Shown here one piece after another: positions 49,740 to 61,773 of a stretch of DNA of 64,000 nt; positions within the stretch are counted from its first letter, which is position 1, and the number at the start of each line of letters is the position of its first letter. A program made the translations under genes and the position numbers. The stretch is from Alphaproteobacteria bacterium (GTDB taxonomy: Bacteria > Pseudomonadota > Alphaproteobacteria > UBA7887): assembly GCA_965216755.1 (NCBI GenBank), contig CBDCGL010000011.1, positions 2,720,001-2,784,000 on the forward strand, written 5' to 3'. Under the pieces are notes generated by a model. The model made no database searches, was not told where the DNA came from, and saw only the letters and a list, made by a program, of their open reading frames with translations.

Positions 49740-50888
49740 ATGTCAGCCTCACCTGAGAACTTCGACCTGTTCAAACGCTTCGCAAGGGAGCGCCTACAGG
49801 CTTCAGCCTTTCATGCCGACGGTGAGAAAGACAGTGAATATCTTTTTCACGCGTCGTTGAACTCCACCGATGCTCTCATGGCCTGGGCGGCCGGTGCGAC
49901 GAACCGTTGTGGCGAAACCTTTGAAGTAATTCCAGGATTTGTCGATATCTATCGTCCCAATGCATTTGCGGACCGTTTTGAAAGCAAGTATTTCCTCGGT
50001 ATGTATTCTGCCATGTTCGTTGCCGTTGCTGAGTTCGCTATGTATTGCATGACTCAATCTGACTTCATGAGCGGCATTGGCAGAGCCGAATTGGAGACAT
50101 CTCCGTCACCTGAAGACAGTCACGCACCTGGCCTTTGGCTCATCAACCGCACGAAGATGGGTGGGCGTGTGCATGAACGACACAGCCAAAAACTCACGCC
50201 ACGGTGCGACATCCGATATCAGACTTCAATCTATCTTTGTTTATTAATGGCTCGATTTGCCTGGCTGCATGAAATGGCTCATGCGTTTAACGGACATGTC
50301 GCCTACACGTCCGCAAACGGCATGTCTTCGCGCATTAATGAAGTCGCAGAACCGCATGCTTTGGTCGAATATGATCTCGGTCAGGATAAGGAGGATGAGA
50401 AAGCGCGGGTAATGCGTTGCCTAGAATTCGATGCCGACCAATCCGCTTTTTGGGCCAGCATTAATATACAGATTCGTGACTTGGAAAACATCGAAGGAAT
50501 TCGTGCCATCGACCAAACCACGCGTCTATCCTTAGCTCTGTTCGGCGCCTACGCGATGACTTGGTTGTTTGGTGAATTTCAGGCGGAGTGCGGTTCGGTC
50601 AAGAATTTCACGCACCCTGAGCCGCATCTCAGGCTACAGAACCTAATCAAGGTTGGAACAGACCGGGTTGTGCCTTTGGTCAATGGTTTTGATGAGATCA
50701 ACACGCAAGTTTGCCGAGAGTTCGATGCTATTCGTAATTCGATTCCGGGGATCTTTCTGCCCGGAGACCTTCTGTCGGAAAGCGGCAATCGCCAAATTCA
50801 AATCGCACTGGCGGAATCTCTCGATCAGGTTAAGGCCATGCAAGAGGCGCTGCAGGCCTATCAATTTAGCGAAAAAGAGAGTCGATAA
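49740..50888 (+). CDS. HExxH zinc metalloprotease, Lit/peptidase U49-like
   Basis: PNAFA, WLHEMAH..NGH, LEFDAD, THPEPHLRL. Confidence 0.7.
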   Translation: MSASPENFDLFKRFARERLQASAFHADGEKDSEYLFHASLNSTDALMAWAAGATNRCGETFEVIPGFVDIYRPNAFADRFESKYFLGMYSAMFVAVAEFAMYCMTQSDFMSGIGRAELETSPSPEDSHAPGLWLINRTKMGGRVHERHSQKLTPRCDIRYQTSIYLCLLMARFAWLHEMAHAFNGHVAYTSANGMSSRINEVAEPHALVEYDLGQDKEDEKARVMRCLEFDADQSAFWASINIQIRDLENIEGIRAIDQTTRLSLALFGAYAMTWLFGEFQAECGSVKNFTHPEPHLRLQNLIKVGTDRVVPLVNGFDEINTQVCREFDAIRNSIPGIFLPGDLLSESGNRQIQIALAESLDQVKAMQEALQAYQFSEKESR

Positions 50889-50914
50889 AGCTGGGCGGCG
50901 CGCCATTTGACTCG

Positions 50915-51709
50915 TTACTCTACCTTCAGCTCCAAGAGGAAAAGGCACCTGCGAGATTTTGGTTGAGAGGCGTAGAACGTCGCGGCTCTGTCCAAAAGGG
51001 ATTTATCGAAAGCGACGCGATCCTGAAACGCCGAACGTAAATCCACGGGCGTAGGTTCAGCGGTTTGCATCACAACAAACCGGTGAGTGCCGCGATCCCG
51101 TACCTCACGCATGAAGACGGGCCTGCCTGACGCTTCATTGAGCCCAGGCAAATATATGGACCGGCTTTCGGCCTCGAATGTCGCCGCAAGGCCGCCCCAG
51201 GTTTGTTGAACGTTTTGCATGGCCAAAACGTACTGACCATGCAGAGACGACCTGAAGACGACCCTAAACCATTCATTGAGTTTGATAACTGCGTCTGGCT
51301 CAGGGGCATCGCCGACCGGTTCCGACTCGACCAGTTCCATGTTCGACCGATCTGCGCGAATGATGCTGCCGGCGTCGTTGATCGCTTCATCCTCGATAAG
51401 CCCGGCAAGCGATATTGTCGGCGCAGCTCGAAACTCGCTTTCAAGTTCGGATGCCGGTCCAAGAATCAGCTTGCGGACTTCGTCGTCAGGGCGATGGGCG
51501 GGGAGCGCACTGGAGAAAAGGTCCACAAGTTTTTGAAAACTGCCCTTTGGCACCGCGTTAGGCTCTCTATTGGCGGCACCGTCTGCCCACCACTGGATCG
51601 TCTTGGGTGATTTGCCGAGCGCGACTGCAATAGCGTCCCAATCCGAATAACAGCCGTAAGCGATCAGAATATTTAGCTTCTTCCGGAGCTCGGGCACGCT
51701 GACCGCCAT
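50915..51709 (-). CDS. Hypothetical protein with N-terminal HTH-like and C-terminal beta-rich domains
   Basis: WDAIAVALGKSPKTIQWW HTH-like segment. GAGG RBS. Confidence 0.7.
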   Translation of the reverse strand: MAVSVPELRKKLNILIAYGCYSDWDAIAVALGKSPKTIQWWADGAANREPNAVPKGSFQKLVDLFSSALPAHRPDDEVRKLILGPASELESEFRAAPTISLAGLIEDEAINDAGSIIRADRSNMELVESEPVGDAPEPDAVIKLNEWFRVVFRSSLHGQYVLAMQNVQQTWGGLAATFEAESRSIYLPGLNEASGRPVFMREVRDRGTHRFVVMQTAEPTPVDLRSAFQDRVAFDKSLLDRAATFYASQPKSRRCLFLLELKVE

Positions 51710-51799
51710 TCTATGGTCACCTCTTCAAAACCAGCAGTTCTCTGGATTTTACCTGAACATGCCGCCCGCAAGGCGGGGCAGTATCACCCGTACCCGTGA

Positions 51800-52492
51800 A
51801 TGCCTGCATACGAAAGTCGGTTTTCGGAAAGAAGTTTCACCACCTGCGTGTCTAGGAGATTTGAAATGAAACGTGATCTTTACCGCCGGAAGCGAACGCG
51901 TGGCGACAGCCCACGTATTGCGAGGAGCGCCCCAACATTTTTGACGCGTTACCCAAGAAGCTCCGAAACATCTGAGTCCGGTGGCCCAACCGACCAAATC
52001 TACAGCGAACTCCGTTACGCTTACGACTATTTCAATACGGTACTATTTCGTGGAGTACTCCCTCCTTGCCTGATCACACTGCAACGGCATCGCCATGCCC
52101 TTGGCTTCTTCGCCGGTGGTCGTTTCGCTAATTCGGAGCATCAATTGGCCGACGAAATAGCCCTCAATCCGAGCGGGATGTCGCGGTGCTCAATTATACA
52201 GATTCTCTCGGTTCTGGTGCATGAACAATGCCATCTCTGGCAATTTCATTTCAGTGAATACGACGGCCGGCGTGGGATCGTACGGCCGTATCATGACCGG
52301 GAATGGGGATCGAAGATGGAGTCGATCGGCCTCATTCCCACCAATACGGGTAAGCCAGGCGGCAAGCGAACCGGACGGCATGTATCTCATTACATAGTTT
52401 CGTCGGGTCGTTTCGCCGTGGCGTGCGCCACCCTTCTGTCCTCGGGTTTCAGCATCTCGTGGATGGAACGGGTGCTTGTCGCGCGAGATTAA
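51800..52492 (+). CDS. SprT-like zinc metalloprotease
   Basis: YDYFNTVLF..LP, EIALNP, LVHEQCHLWQ, YHDREW..KM..IGL. Start uncertain. Confidence 0.85.
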   Translation: MPAYESRFSERSFTTCVSRRFEMKRDLYRRKRTRGDSPRIARSAPTFLTRYPRSSETSESGGPTDQIYSELRYAYDYFNTVLFRGVLPPCLITLQRHRHALGFFAGGRFANSEHQLADEIALNPSGMSRCSIIQILSVLVHEQCHLWQFHFSEYDGRRGIVRPYHDREWGSKMESIGLIPTNTGKPGGKRTGRHVSHYIVSSGRFAVACATLLSSGFSISWMERVLVARD

Positions 52493-52554
52493 CGCACGAG
52501 CTTCTTTGAGGACGCATGCTTGTCTAATGATTTTCAAATAAAAGGAAATGCAGG

Positions 52555-53982
52555 ATGGCAGATAAGCGTATTCAGCGCGGCGGGGAGCGCGCACACAAAG
52601 GCAACGGCTACGACACTGTCGGTCGCAAGAGTTCGCAATCCGCTCATTCAAAGAAGAATTCATACATTGCTGAACGCACACGCGAGGTCAACGGACCAAG
52701 CCGCGAGGGCATGAGTGTGTTTACTGAGCCTAATACCTGGATGGATTCATTTGGGCGCGAAGTTCTTCGCTCCGTTCAAAAACGAAGCAGCACGCTTGGT
52801 TGCCGTGTTGAAGATTTCAATAGCAGCCGTCCCGACACAGCGATGGCAGAGATCAAATTCGAGGCCAAAGTTGCTGAGGACGCGATTGCTCAGGCAGCGC
52901 GGAACGCGTGCGAACGTCTAGTCTCGATCCGGGAAACCCGCTGGCGGGCTTATCAAGAGCTTCGGCTGATGCAGTGGATATACAATACGAAACGGCGTCC
53001 AGTTCTGCCGGACCGCCTCAAGAATGGCTATCTGGTCGGAATGTTCGGTTTGGCGGAAGGCCTGGGCGCGGGCGCGCTTATGGCGGCCGATGGCAAGATG
53101 GCCCCGGAAATCGGGATCGCTTATGGCCTGGCTTTTGCCGGAACGAATCTGATGATGGCCGGTTTGGCGGGCTTCATAGCGCGCTATTTTCATTATCGCA
53201 CCATGCCGGGGGCTTTGGACCCAGATGGCCGCCCCATGCGCATCGCCGCTTGGACGGGCTTTGCCGCAACGACTTGCTTCCTATTGTTGTTACTTTTCAG
53301 TGCAGCACGGACTCGCGCGACCGGTTCCCACAATGAAATCTTCGATTTCGGAAGTGTCAGTTTCTTGGCCACTTTCAACGACTCGCTGGCCGTGGCCTTA
53401 ATCGCGCTGGGCGTCGTGGGCAGCGTGATCGGCGCTATCAAGGGGTATTCGGGAATCTACGACAAATATCCAGGGTTCCTGCAAGCCCAGCAAGCAGCGC
53501 AGGACCGCAGCGACGCTGTCGCCGACGAAATTGTGGATTCGTGCCTGGACACAATCAACTCAACGTATGAAAAGTTCGAACGGATATTCAGAACGCATAG
53601 CAAGGCAGCTATAAGGGAAGCCAAACGCTATAATCGGAAACTTAGGGCACTGACTAAAAGTATTTTACGCCACAATAAGAAGATAGATCAGGCTCAGGCC
53701 CGCTTTCAGGCATATCACTCCACATTGCAGCTCGGGGCGGCGCGCGTTACCGGGGAAGCTACGTACTTGGAGTCGCCCTTCGACGACACGGATTTCGACA
53801 AAGAACGGATCGATACCTCAGCTTTGGAGGGCCATACGCCGATCGCTCTGAACGGTGGTGGATCGGACCTGTTGACGCGATTGCGGATTGGTCGGGATGA
53901 AGCGCTTGGGCTTCTGCAAGAAGCGTATCTGCGTTTCATGACCGAGTCGGACGAGCCAAAAGCATCTAACAGCAGCACGTAA
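52555..53982 (+). CDS. Hypothetical multi-TM protein with coiled-coil C-terminus
   Basis: About four hydrophobic segments followed by a long helical region. Alternative start at ATG 52711. Confidence 0.75.
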   Translation: MADKRIQRGGERAHKGNGYDTVGRKSSQSAHSKKNSYIAERTREVNGPSREGMSVFTEPNTWMDSFGREVLRSVQKRSSTLGCRVEDFNSSRPDTAMAEIKFEAKVAEDAIAQAARNACERLVSIRETRWRAYQELRLMQWIYNTKRRPVLPDRLKNGYLVGMFGLAEGLGAGALMAADGKMAPEIGIAYGLAFAGTNLMMAGLAGFIARYFHYRTMPGALDPDGRPMRIAAWTGFAATTCFLLLLLFSAARTRATGSHNEIFDFGSVSFLATFNDSLAVALIALGVVGSVIGAIKGYSGIYDKYPGFLQAQQAAQDRSDAVADEIVDSCLDTINSTYEKFERIFRTHSKAAIREAKRYNRKLRALTKSILRHNKKIDQAQARFQAYHSTLQLGAARVTGEATYLESPFDDTDFDKERIDTSALEGHTPIALNGGGSDLLTRLRIGRDEALGLLQEAYLRFMTESDEPKASNSST

Positions 53983-53995
53983 GGAGAGTGAAGCT

Positions 53996-54877
53996 ATGGC
54001 CAGTTTTGGAGGCTACAGACGGCGCGACCCTATAAGCCGGGCGTTGCTCATATCAGGGATTATCATCATTCCAGGCCTGGCGATTGGAGCGACAACTTGG
54101 GGTGTAAGCCGGGTCGCTGACATTGAACGGATGGACCGGGAAACTTTTTGCTACAGGCAAGATGAACAAGCGCACACGGGATTCATGATCGATGCATCTT
54201 TTGATAGCATCACAAGTGAACGGCAAAAGCGCGACTTGCGCAATGCGTTGATCGGCGCTTTTGAAAATATGGAGCCTAACGGACAGCTCTCGGTCTTCAC
54301 GACCGCCAAGGACAAAATCGGCACTTTTCTGGTACCGGTGATCCGTTTTTGCCGCCCCATGCGAACCTTGGACGAACAGACGCAGGTTGGCGTGGCCAAA
54401 CAGACGCAGGCTTATCTATCTCGTCATTATGAAGAGGCCCGACGCCTTTTCATTGGCCAGGTTGATGAACTGATAGCCAAGGCTGCGGACCCTGAGCGAC
54501 AAGCCGATCACAGCCCGATTATGGAGCAAGTTCAGTCACTTTCGCACCATGGCTTTTCAGGGCGGCTACGCAAGATGGTCATCTACACGGATGGTCTGCA
54601 AAACAGCGAGGTACGACGGTTCTGCTTGGTAAAAGGTCATTTGCCGAGCTTTGAGAGGTTCAGCCAACATTCCGATTACAGGCTGGTGCGCCCTGGTTCA
54701 CTGGCAGGCGTGGATATCGAAATCCTTTTGGTCGAGCATACGCTTTTCCCGTCAAAGGACTTGAAGTTCTGCACTAACAATGAAATCCGCGCCTTTTGGA
54801 CGGGATATTTCGAGGCAGCGGACGCGGCCTCCGTGCAGATGATCCGTCTGCCTTATGGCGGGCTGGGCCGGTCGTGA
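53996..54877 (+). CDS. Membrane-anchored hypothetical protein with vWA/MIDAS-like motifs
   Basis: N-terminal TM, FMIDASFDS, VIYTDGLQNS. AGGAG RBS; GTGA overlap with the T4CP. Confidence 0.65.
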   Translation: MASFGGYRRRDPISRALLISGIIIIPGLAIGATTWGVSRVADIERMDRETFCYRQDEQAHTGFMIDASFDSITSERQKRDLRNALIGAFENMEPNGQLSVFTTAKDKIGTFLVPVIRFCRPMRTLDEQTQVGVAKQTQAYLSRHYEEARRLFIGQVDELIAKAADPERQADHSPIMEQVQSLSHHGFSGRLRKMVIYTDGLQNSEVRRFCLVKGHLPSFERFSQHSDYRLVRPGSLAGVDIEILLVEHTLFPSKDLKFCTNNEIRAFWTGYFEAADAASVQMIRLPYGGLGRS

Positions 54878-56637
54878 CGTACGGATCAAATAGAGGCGGA
54901 GGCAACGTAGAGGGGCCGAGTTTCCTGGTACTGTTGGCCGTTGCGGGCGGCCTGATCTGGCTTTCCATCCATCTTGGGCCGCCCATGGTGCAGGGACAGC
55001 TTCGCCCGCTCCCGGCGCTAGTCTTCTTCGTCGCCGGTATCATGCTGCTTCGCCTCGCCATTCGCGGATTGGAACTGTTGGCCTGCCTGATCGACTGGCA
55101 GAGCAGCCGAACCCCAACGGGAAAGGATGGCCTGGCCGCATGGGCGAGGAAGAACGATTACAAGGCGGAATTGCGCGAGGCGAATGGCGGGCCGTTCTGG
55201 GGCCTGAGCCTTGGTCGCAAACCGGCACCACTCTTCATTGACTACGTATCCAATGCGATGACTGTCGCGCCTGCCGGATCAGGAAAAGGCATCTGCACAG
55301 TCGTTCCGAACGGCATGAGTATCCGCGCCAGCAAAGCCTTTGCGGATTTCAAAGGCGAGCTTGTCTGCATGCTCAAACAGCCGCTGGAAGCGCGTGGGGA
55401 AATCGTACGTATACTCAATCCCGGAGGCCTGTGGGAAGAAACAATCGGGCCAAGCGAGCTCTATAGCCCACTCGATATTCTTGCGGATGATCTGAACCGG
55501 CCTGGTGGCTTGCGCGATATCCCAGACGATCAGCGCGAGATGAATAATCAAATCCTCCCCGAGCCGAGTGAGCGCGAATCAGAGAATTCCTATTTTAGGG
55601 AAGGTTCAAGGCGGCTGATGGCGGATGCCGAGTTGATGGAGGTGATGGTCGATGAATATGACGCCACATTCTCCTCGGCCGCGCTACTGATTGAAGACCG
55701 TCAGCGGCTGGAGGACATGGCGCGATGGATGGCCGGAGTCGATTTGGACGGGAAGCCCCACCCGGGCGGACCGTTTCCGATTGAGCAAACACCGTGGGCA
55801 GCGAAGCACGATGTGCGCGATGTGGCGGAGTTTGCACAGCTTGTGCGCGCGCGAGCCCACAATCTCCTGGCGTTAGCGACTGCGGACGATTCGCGGACGT
55901 TCGATTCCTTCATTACTGGAGCACAGCAAGCCCTTGCACCATTCGCGTTTGGCCGCATCGCACCTTGCATGGGCCGTTCGACGTTCAGCATGGACGAACT
56001 GAAGCAGGGTGACCATCCGACCAACCTATTTATCGTTGCCGATGCAAGCCGTATGGAAGCATACAAGCCTTTCATCGGGTTAATCCAATGGTGCTGCATG
56101 ACCGCGATCAAGCGCCATAATAACAAAGAGCGACCGGTCTATTTTATCTTAGATGAGGCCACTAACTATAGAGTCAGCGGCCTGGAGAGCCTTCTGACCT
56201 GGGGGCGGTCTTATGGGCTCCGGCTACACGTCATTTTCCAGGACTTTGCCGCATTTGAACGGATCTATGGAAAGACCGCATTGGACACGCTGCTCAGCGA
56301 GACCGAAATCAAACAGATACTGCCGGGGCAGCGCTCACCGAAAACCTTGGAACTAATCTCCAAGAAGATGCTTGGGGATCAATCGATCATGGCTGCAAGT
56401 ATCGGACGCGATAATCACTTGTCCGGACTCAGAGAGACTATGAGCGAGACCGGCCGGCCCTTGATGACGATGGACGAACTTAGACGCACTGACAAGGGAT
56501 TGCTGTTTGTCCGGCGCTGCAAACCGATCCTTTTCGAACCTGTTTCTTATGCGGAAATTTCGCCCTGGCGCGATCAGGTTGGGATCAATCCCTACTTCGG
56601 CAAACCATACCGGAAGAAAGTAAAGCTGAGACTCTGA
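54874..56637 (+). CDS. Type IV coupling protein, VirD4/TraG family
   Basis: Two N-terminal TMs, APAGSGKG, DFKGE, ILDEATN, GRSYGL..IFQD. Confidence 0.9.
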   Translation: MTYGSNRGGGNVEGPSFLVLLAVAGGLIWLSIHLGPPMVQGQLRPLPALVFFVAGIMLLRLAIRGLELLACLIDWQSSRTPTGKDGLAAWARKNDYKAELREANGGPFWGLSLGRKPAPLFIDYVSNAMTVAPAGSGKGICTVVPNGMSIRASKAFADFKGELVCMLKQPLEARGEIVRILNPGGLWEETIGPSELYSPLDILADDLNRPGGLRDIPDDQREMNNQILPEPSERESENSYFREGSRRLMADAELMEVMVDEYDATFSSAALLIEDRQRLEDMARWMAGVDLDGKPHPGGPFPIEQTPWAAKHDVRDVAEFAQLVRARAHNLLALATADDSRTFDSFITGAQQALAPFAFGRIAPCMGRSTFSMDELKQGDHPTNLFIVADASRMEAYKPFIGLIQWCCMTAIKRHNNKERPVYFILDEATNYRVSGLESLLTWGRSYGLRLHVIFQDFAAFERIYGKTALDTLLSETEIKQILPGQRSPKTLELISKKMLGDQSIMAASIGRDNHLSGLRETMSETGRPLMTMDELRRTDKGLLFVRRCKPILFEPVSYAEISPWRDQVGINPYFGKPYRKKVKLRL

Positions 56638-56644
56638 GAGAGGT

Positions 56645-56938
56645 GTGCACGAAATGAAACACTATGTACCGAGGCGACTCCGGCCCTGGGCCCTGCCCGC
56701 TCTGGCGGTGCGGACGCTGATCTATATCCTCGGGCACTGGCCGCTTGCCTTGGTTGCAGCGCTTATCATCTCACCGGTCGGTCCGCATCTACGTATCCAA
56801 TACAGCTACTTCGATTACGGCGGCGGCCTGAGGTCGATGACCGAGTGCGATTATTTCGGATCACGCGGAATGGTGAAGTATCGCTTCGGCAGTCAATGCC
56901 CAATCGTCGCCATCATCGATACGCGAGATGTGCAATGA
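56645..56938 (+). CDS. Small membrane-associated hypothetical protein
   Basis: GAGG RBS, hydrophobic segment, C-x-YFG..G...CP motif. Confidence 0.6.
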   Translation: MHEMKHYVPRRLRPWALPALAVRTLIYILGHWPLALVAALIISPVGPHLRIQYSYFDYGGGLRSMTECDYFGSRGMVKYRFGSQCPIVAIIDTRDVQ

Positions 56939-57029
56939 CATTGATTGGTTTTTCATTCCGAACGTTCTGCCTTAAGGCCGAACGCGACGGAGACACTAGG
57001 GAAGGCGGACTCAGAAACGAGGCACTAGA

Positions 57030-57314
57030 ATGAGTGAGTATGACAATAAAAACCAAGACCGCAAGCCGGCCTTTATCGCCTACAGCGTACGCGATTCCCA
57101 GGACGGAAAAGGACATTGGAACCGCATCGGTGCTGCATGGGAGCATAGAGATGGCCAGGGTTATGAAATCAGCCTTGACAGCCTGCCTATCAATGGTCGC
57201 GTAACGCTGCGCCAACTGCGTGAAGAGCGAATGCAGGATTACGAAAGTGCGCGGGGGGCCCGCGAGCCAAGGCACCATGCGGAACGAACGCAGAGCCGTG
57301 GACGGCAACGGTAA
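57030..57314 (+). CDS. Small DUF736-like protein
   Basis: WNRIGAAWEHRDGQG..ISLD.LP motif. GAGG RBS. Confidence 0.65.
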   Translation: MSEYDNKNQDRKPAFIAYSVRDSQDGKGHWNRIGAAWEHRDGQGYEISLDSLPINGRVTLRQLREERMQDYESARGAREPRHHAERTQSRGRQR

Positions 57315-57735
57315 CCGAAAAGGCGCGCGCCACGGCCGCGGGAGCACCGGTGGTTACACTAGGGATGACGACGATCTGTATGCGGGCGCAGACGACAGAG
57401 TGCGGTCGCATTCGGTAGCCAAATTGGCTTTCGATAAGGCGCGCGATCCGCTGAGCAACTGCCAAATCGAGGATATTGACAAGAGCGAGACAGGGCGGCG
57501 CGAAGAAAGCGGGGGCGGATCGCAGATGGTGAAGCGTCACCGCCCCTTTCCTGAGCTAAAGCCATCTTTTGCACTGGCCCAGTATGCCATCCGTGAGGCA
57601 TTCAACAGGGCATGGCTCAGGGAGCAGCGGGCGGCGCGACTCGCGCGGATGCGACAGGTACGGGCGGTACGTGCCGCGACAGAGCGGAAACAGGAAATGC
57701 CGCGTTTCCCTAAAGGCCCTACACCGAAACTTTGA
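57220..57735 (+). CDS. Hypothetical protein (true start probably downstream, e.g. ATG 57526)
   Basis: C-terminal part MVKRHRPFPELKP..FNRAWLREQR looks protein-like. Confidence 0.4.
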   Translation: MKSECRITKVRGGPASQGTMRNERRAVDGNGNRKGARHGRGSTGGYTRDDDDLYAGADDRVRSHSVAKLAFDKARDPLSNCQIEDIDKSETGRREESGGGSQMVKRHRPFPELKPSFALAQYAIREAFNRAWLREQRAARLARMRQVRAVRAATERKQEMPRFPKGPTPKL

Positions 57736-57796
57736 CCGAAGGAAAATCTAAATCGGGGCATGAAAATAGTTGCCGTGCGAATAATAATGGTTTAAT

Positions 57797-57811
57797 GTTC
57801 TTGTTTCGTTC
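57797..57811. promoter_or_regulatory. LexA box upstream of the recombinase operon
   Basis: GTTC-TTGTTTC-GTTC, 14/15 identical to the imuA box, in an AT-rich promoter-like gap. Confidence 0.82.
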
Positions 57812-57859
57812 TATCAAAAGCAGCACAAAGGGAACAAACGGCTTTGAAGGAAAGCGCTT

Positions 57860-58199
57860 GTGAATCAGACAGACAAAAAGAGAGAAAGGAGAGCACACAG
57901 GCAGACAGGAAATGCCGCCCCCGCGGACTCGCTTGACCTTGATCCCCACGAATATCGGGAGCACCTGGAAGGTTTGCACCTAACTGAAGCCGAGGAAAAT
58001 GAGCTTCTGCTGGCGCTATGGTCCATTATGAAAGCCTTTGTCGACTTGGGTTTCGGGGTAGATTCTATCCACCATTTTTTCCCGGCGCTTGGGCCAAATT
58101 CTACGCAAGCTTCGCCGGAAGCGTTAGAATCAAACGATCGGAAATCTGCTCGTCAGTCAGAGGAAGGCAGTTTTGATCCGGCGAGAAAGATGGTGGGCC

Positions 58200-58213
<14 letters not shown>
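57860..58213 (+). CDS. Small hypothetical protein overlapping the recombinase start
   Basis: [27 protein letters not shown] helical core. Overlaps the recombinase 5' end. Confidence 0.65.
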
Positions 58214-59924
<1,711 letters not shown>

Positions 59925-60863
59925 GGTCGGCGACCGTTAGCCCGGCGCGATCGACCGCGGCAAGAATCTCAGCGATGGCGGTTTCGCTCGGTCGATAGCG
60001 CACCTGCAAACGGCGCGGGCCGATCAACTCGCACTGAAACTGCGCCAGCGCGCCCGGCACAGCGGTCAAGTCGTCAGCCACAATCAGGGTCAGCGCTTTG
60101 CGGTCGAGTCGCTCGACCAGCGGCCCCGTACGATCGCACGCGACCACCTCGCCATGATTGATGATCGCCACCCGTTCGCACATCTCCTCGGCTTCTTCCA
60201 GGTAGTGAGTGGTCAGCAACACGGTCGTACCGCGCCCGTTTAACGCCCGCACATAGCTCCATAATTGGCTGCGCAGTTCCACATCGACGCCGGCGGTCGG
60301 TTCGTCCAACACCAGCACCGGCGGATCGTGGACCATCGCCTTGGCGACCATCAGCCGCCGGCGCATGCCACCGGACAGCCGCCGCGTATAGGCCGATGCC
60401 TTGTCGGTCAAACCCAAGGCCGCCAGAATCTCATCCGTGCGCCGCGCCGCGGCGGGCACGCCGTAATAACCGGCCTGGATTTCCAAGGTCTCGCGTGGGG
60501 TAAAGAACGGGTCGATCACCAGCTCTTGCGGCACAATGCCGATGGCGGCACTGGCGCCGCGGCGATCGGTGTCGATATCGCGATCCCAAATCGTTACGGT
60601 GCCGCTGGTCTTGTTGACCATCCCGGCCAGGATATTGATGAAGGTCGACTTGCCGGCGCCATTTGGCCCGAGCAGGCCGAAAATCGAACCGCGCGGAATA
60701 TCCAGTTCAATGCCTTTCAGCGCCGGCACCGCATCGCCGCGCCGCGACCGATAGACCTTATGCAGAGCGCGTGCGCGGATCGCGAAATCGGGTATGGCGG
60801 TGCTAATCGGCATGGTCACTCTCGATCAATGGGCGGGGCCAGCATAGCAGATCGGGCGACGCG

Positions 60864-61421
60864 TCAACTGCCCGGAACGACGGTTAAGGTCAATCCCTCG
60901 AAGCGGCCGGTGACCGCGATCTCTTTGTCGATCTCGCCAATCGCCCCGCCATGAGCGCGAAATTCGAAGCTGCCCGCCCAGCTGTCATCGGTTTGCTGCA
61001 GATGCAGGATCCCGGTCGTATCGGCGCCAAAATTGCGGATTGGCCGACGCTGGACAAACAGCGCCAAGGCGCCGCCATCGGTCATCATCGGATCAAAGGT
61101 TAGATCATAGTCTTTCGCTTCCAGTGGCGCGGCGCCGTAGATCATGATCGTGACCGCCCCGGACTGGTCACTTTGATCGTCGCGACCAAACCAAAACATA
61201 TGCGTCGCCGGCAGGCCATCTTGCGCCGGACTGGCCGATAAGATCATGCGCGCGTCAGGCGGCGCAAATGTCGCGACCGCGTCGCCCGTGATCTCTATTT
61301 CAAAGTCGCCCGCGCTATTGGTCGCGTCCTCGCCACAAGCACCAAGGACCGTTGCCACGGCGACAAACGCCAAACCGAGCCAATTGCCCGACCGGCGTCG
61401 ATTGCATCCAAATTGAAGCAT
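60864..61421 (-). CDS. Putative lipoprotein
   Basis: Basic N-terminus, hydrophobic stretch, LGAC lipobox, beta-rich body. Confidence 0.6.
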   Translation of the reverse strand: MLQFGCNRRRSGNWLGLAFVAVATVLGACGEDATNSAGDFEIEITGDAVATFAPPDARMILSASPAQDGLPATHMFWFGRDDQSDQSGAVTIMIYGAAPLEAKDYDLTFDPMMTDGGALALFVQRRPIRNFGADTTGILHLQQTDDSWAGSFEFRAHGGAIGEIDKEIAVTGRFEGLTLTVVPGS

Positions 61422-61548
61422 GGCGCGCCATATCCGTAAGGAGACCAAGCCCGACCACGATAGCACGGCGGATGCGGCTGGCGGGCTTCGCCCCACAAAT
61501 GCTACAAATCATGGCGATCACTGAAGACACAGCGCCGGACGGCAAGCC

Positions 61549-61734
61549 ATGACACCGATTGAGACCCTGACCACAACCACAACCACCTTGGCTTGCGATG
61601 GCGGCGGCGGGCCGCTTGGCCATCCGCGCGTCTTCCTGCATGTGAACGACGAAGGCGTTGTGGACTGCCCCTATTGCGGCCGCCATTACATCTTGGCCCG
61701 CGACGGCGCAACCACCGAGGCGGCCGACGCCTGA
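61549..61734 (+). CDS. zf-CHCC zinc-finger protein
   Basis: ACDGGGGPLGHPRVFL..DCPYCGR. Confidence 0.9.
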   Translation: MTPIETLTTTTTTLACDGGGGPLGHPRVFLHVNDEGVVDCPYCGRHYILARDGATTEAADA

Positions 61735-61773
61735 CCGGGCGCGCCCACCGAAAACCGCGCCGTCACACCCGTT

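Noticed and set aside
61568-61590. ACCACA microrepeat
   Set aside because: It simply encodes a poly-Thr run in the zinc-finger protein.
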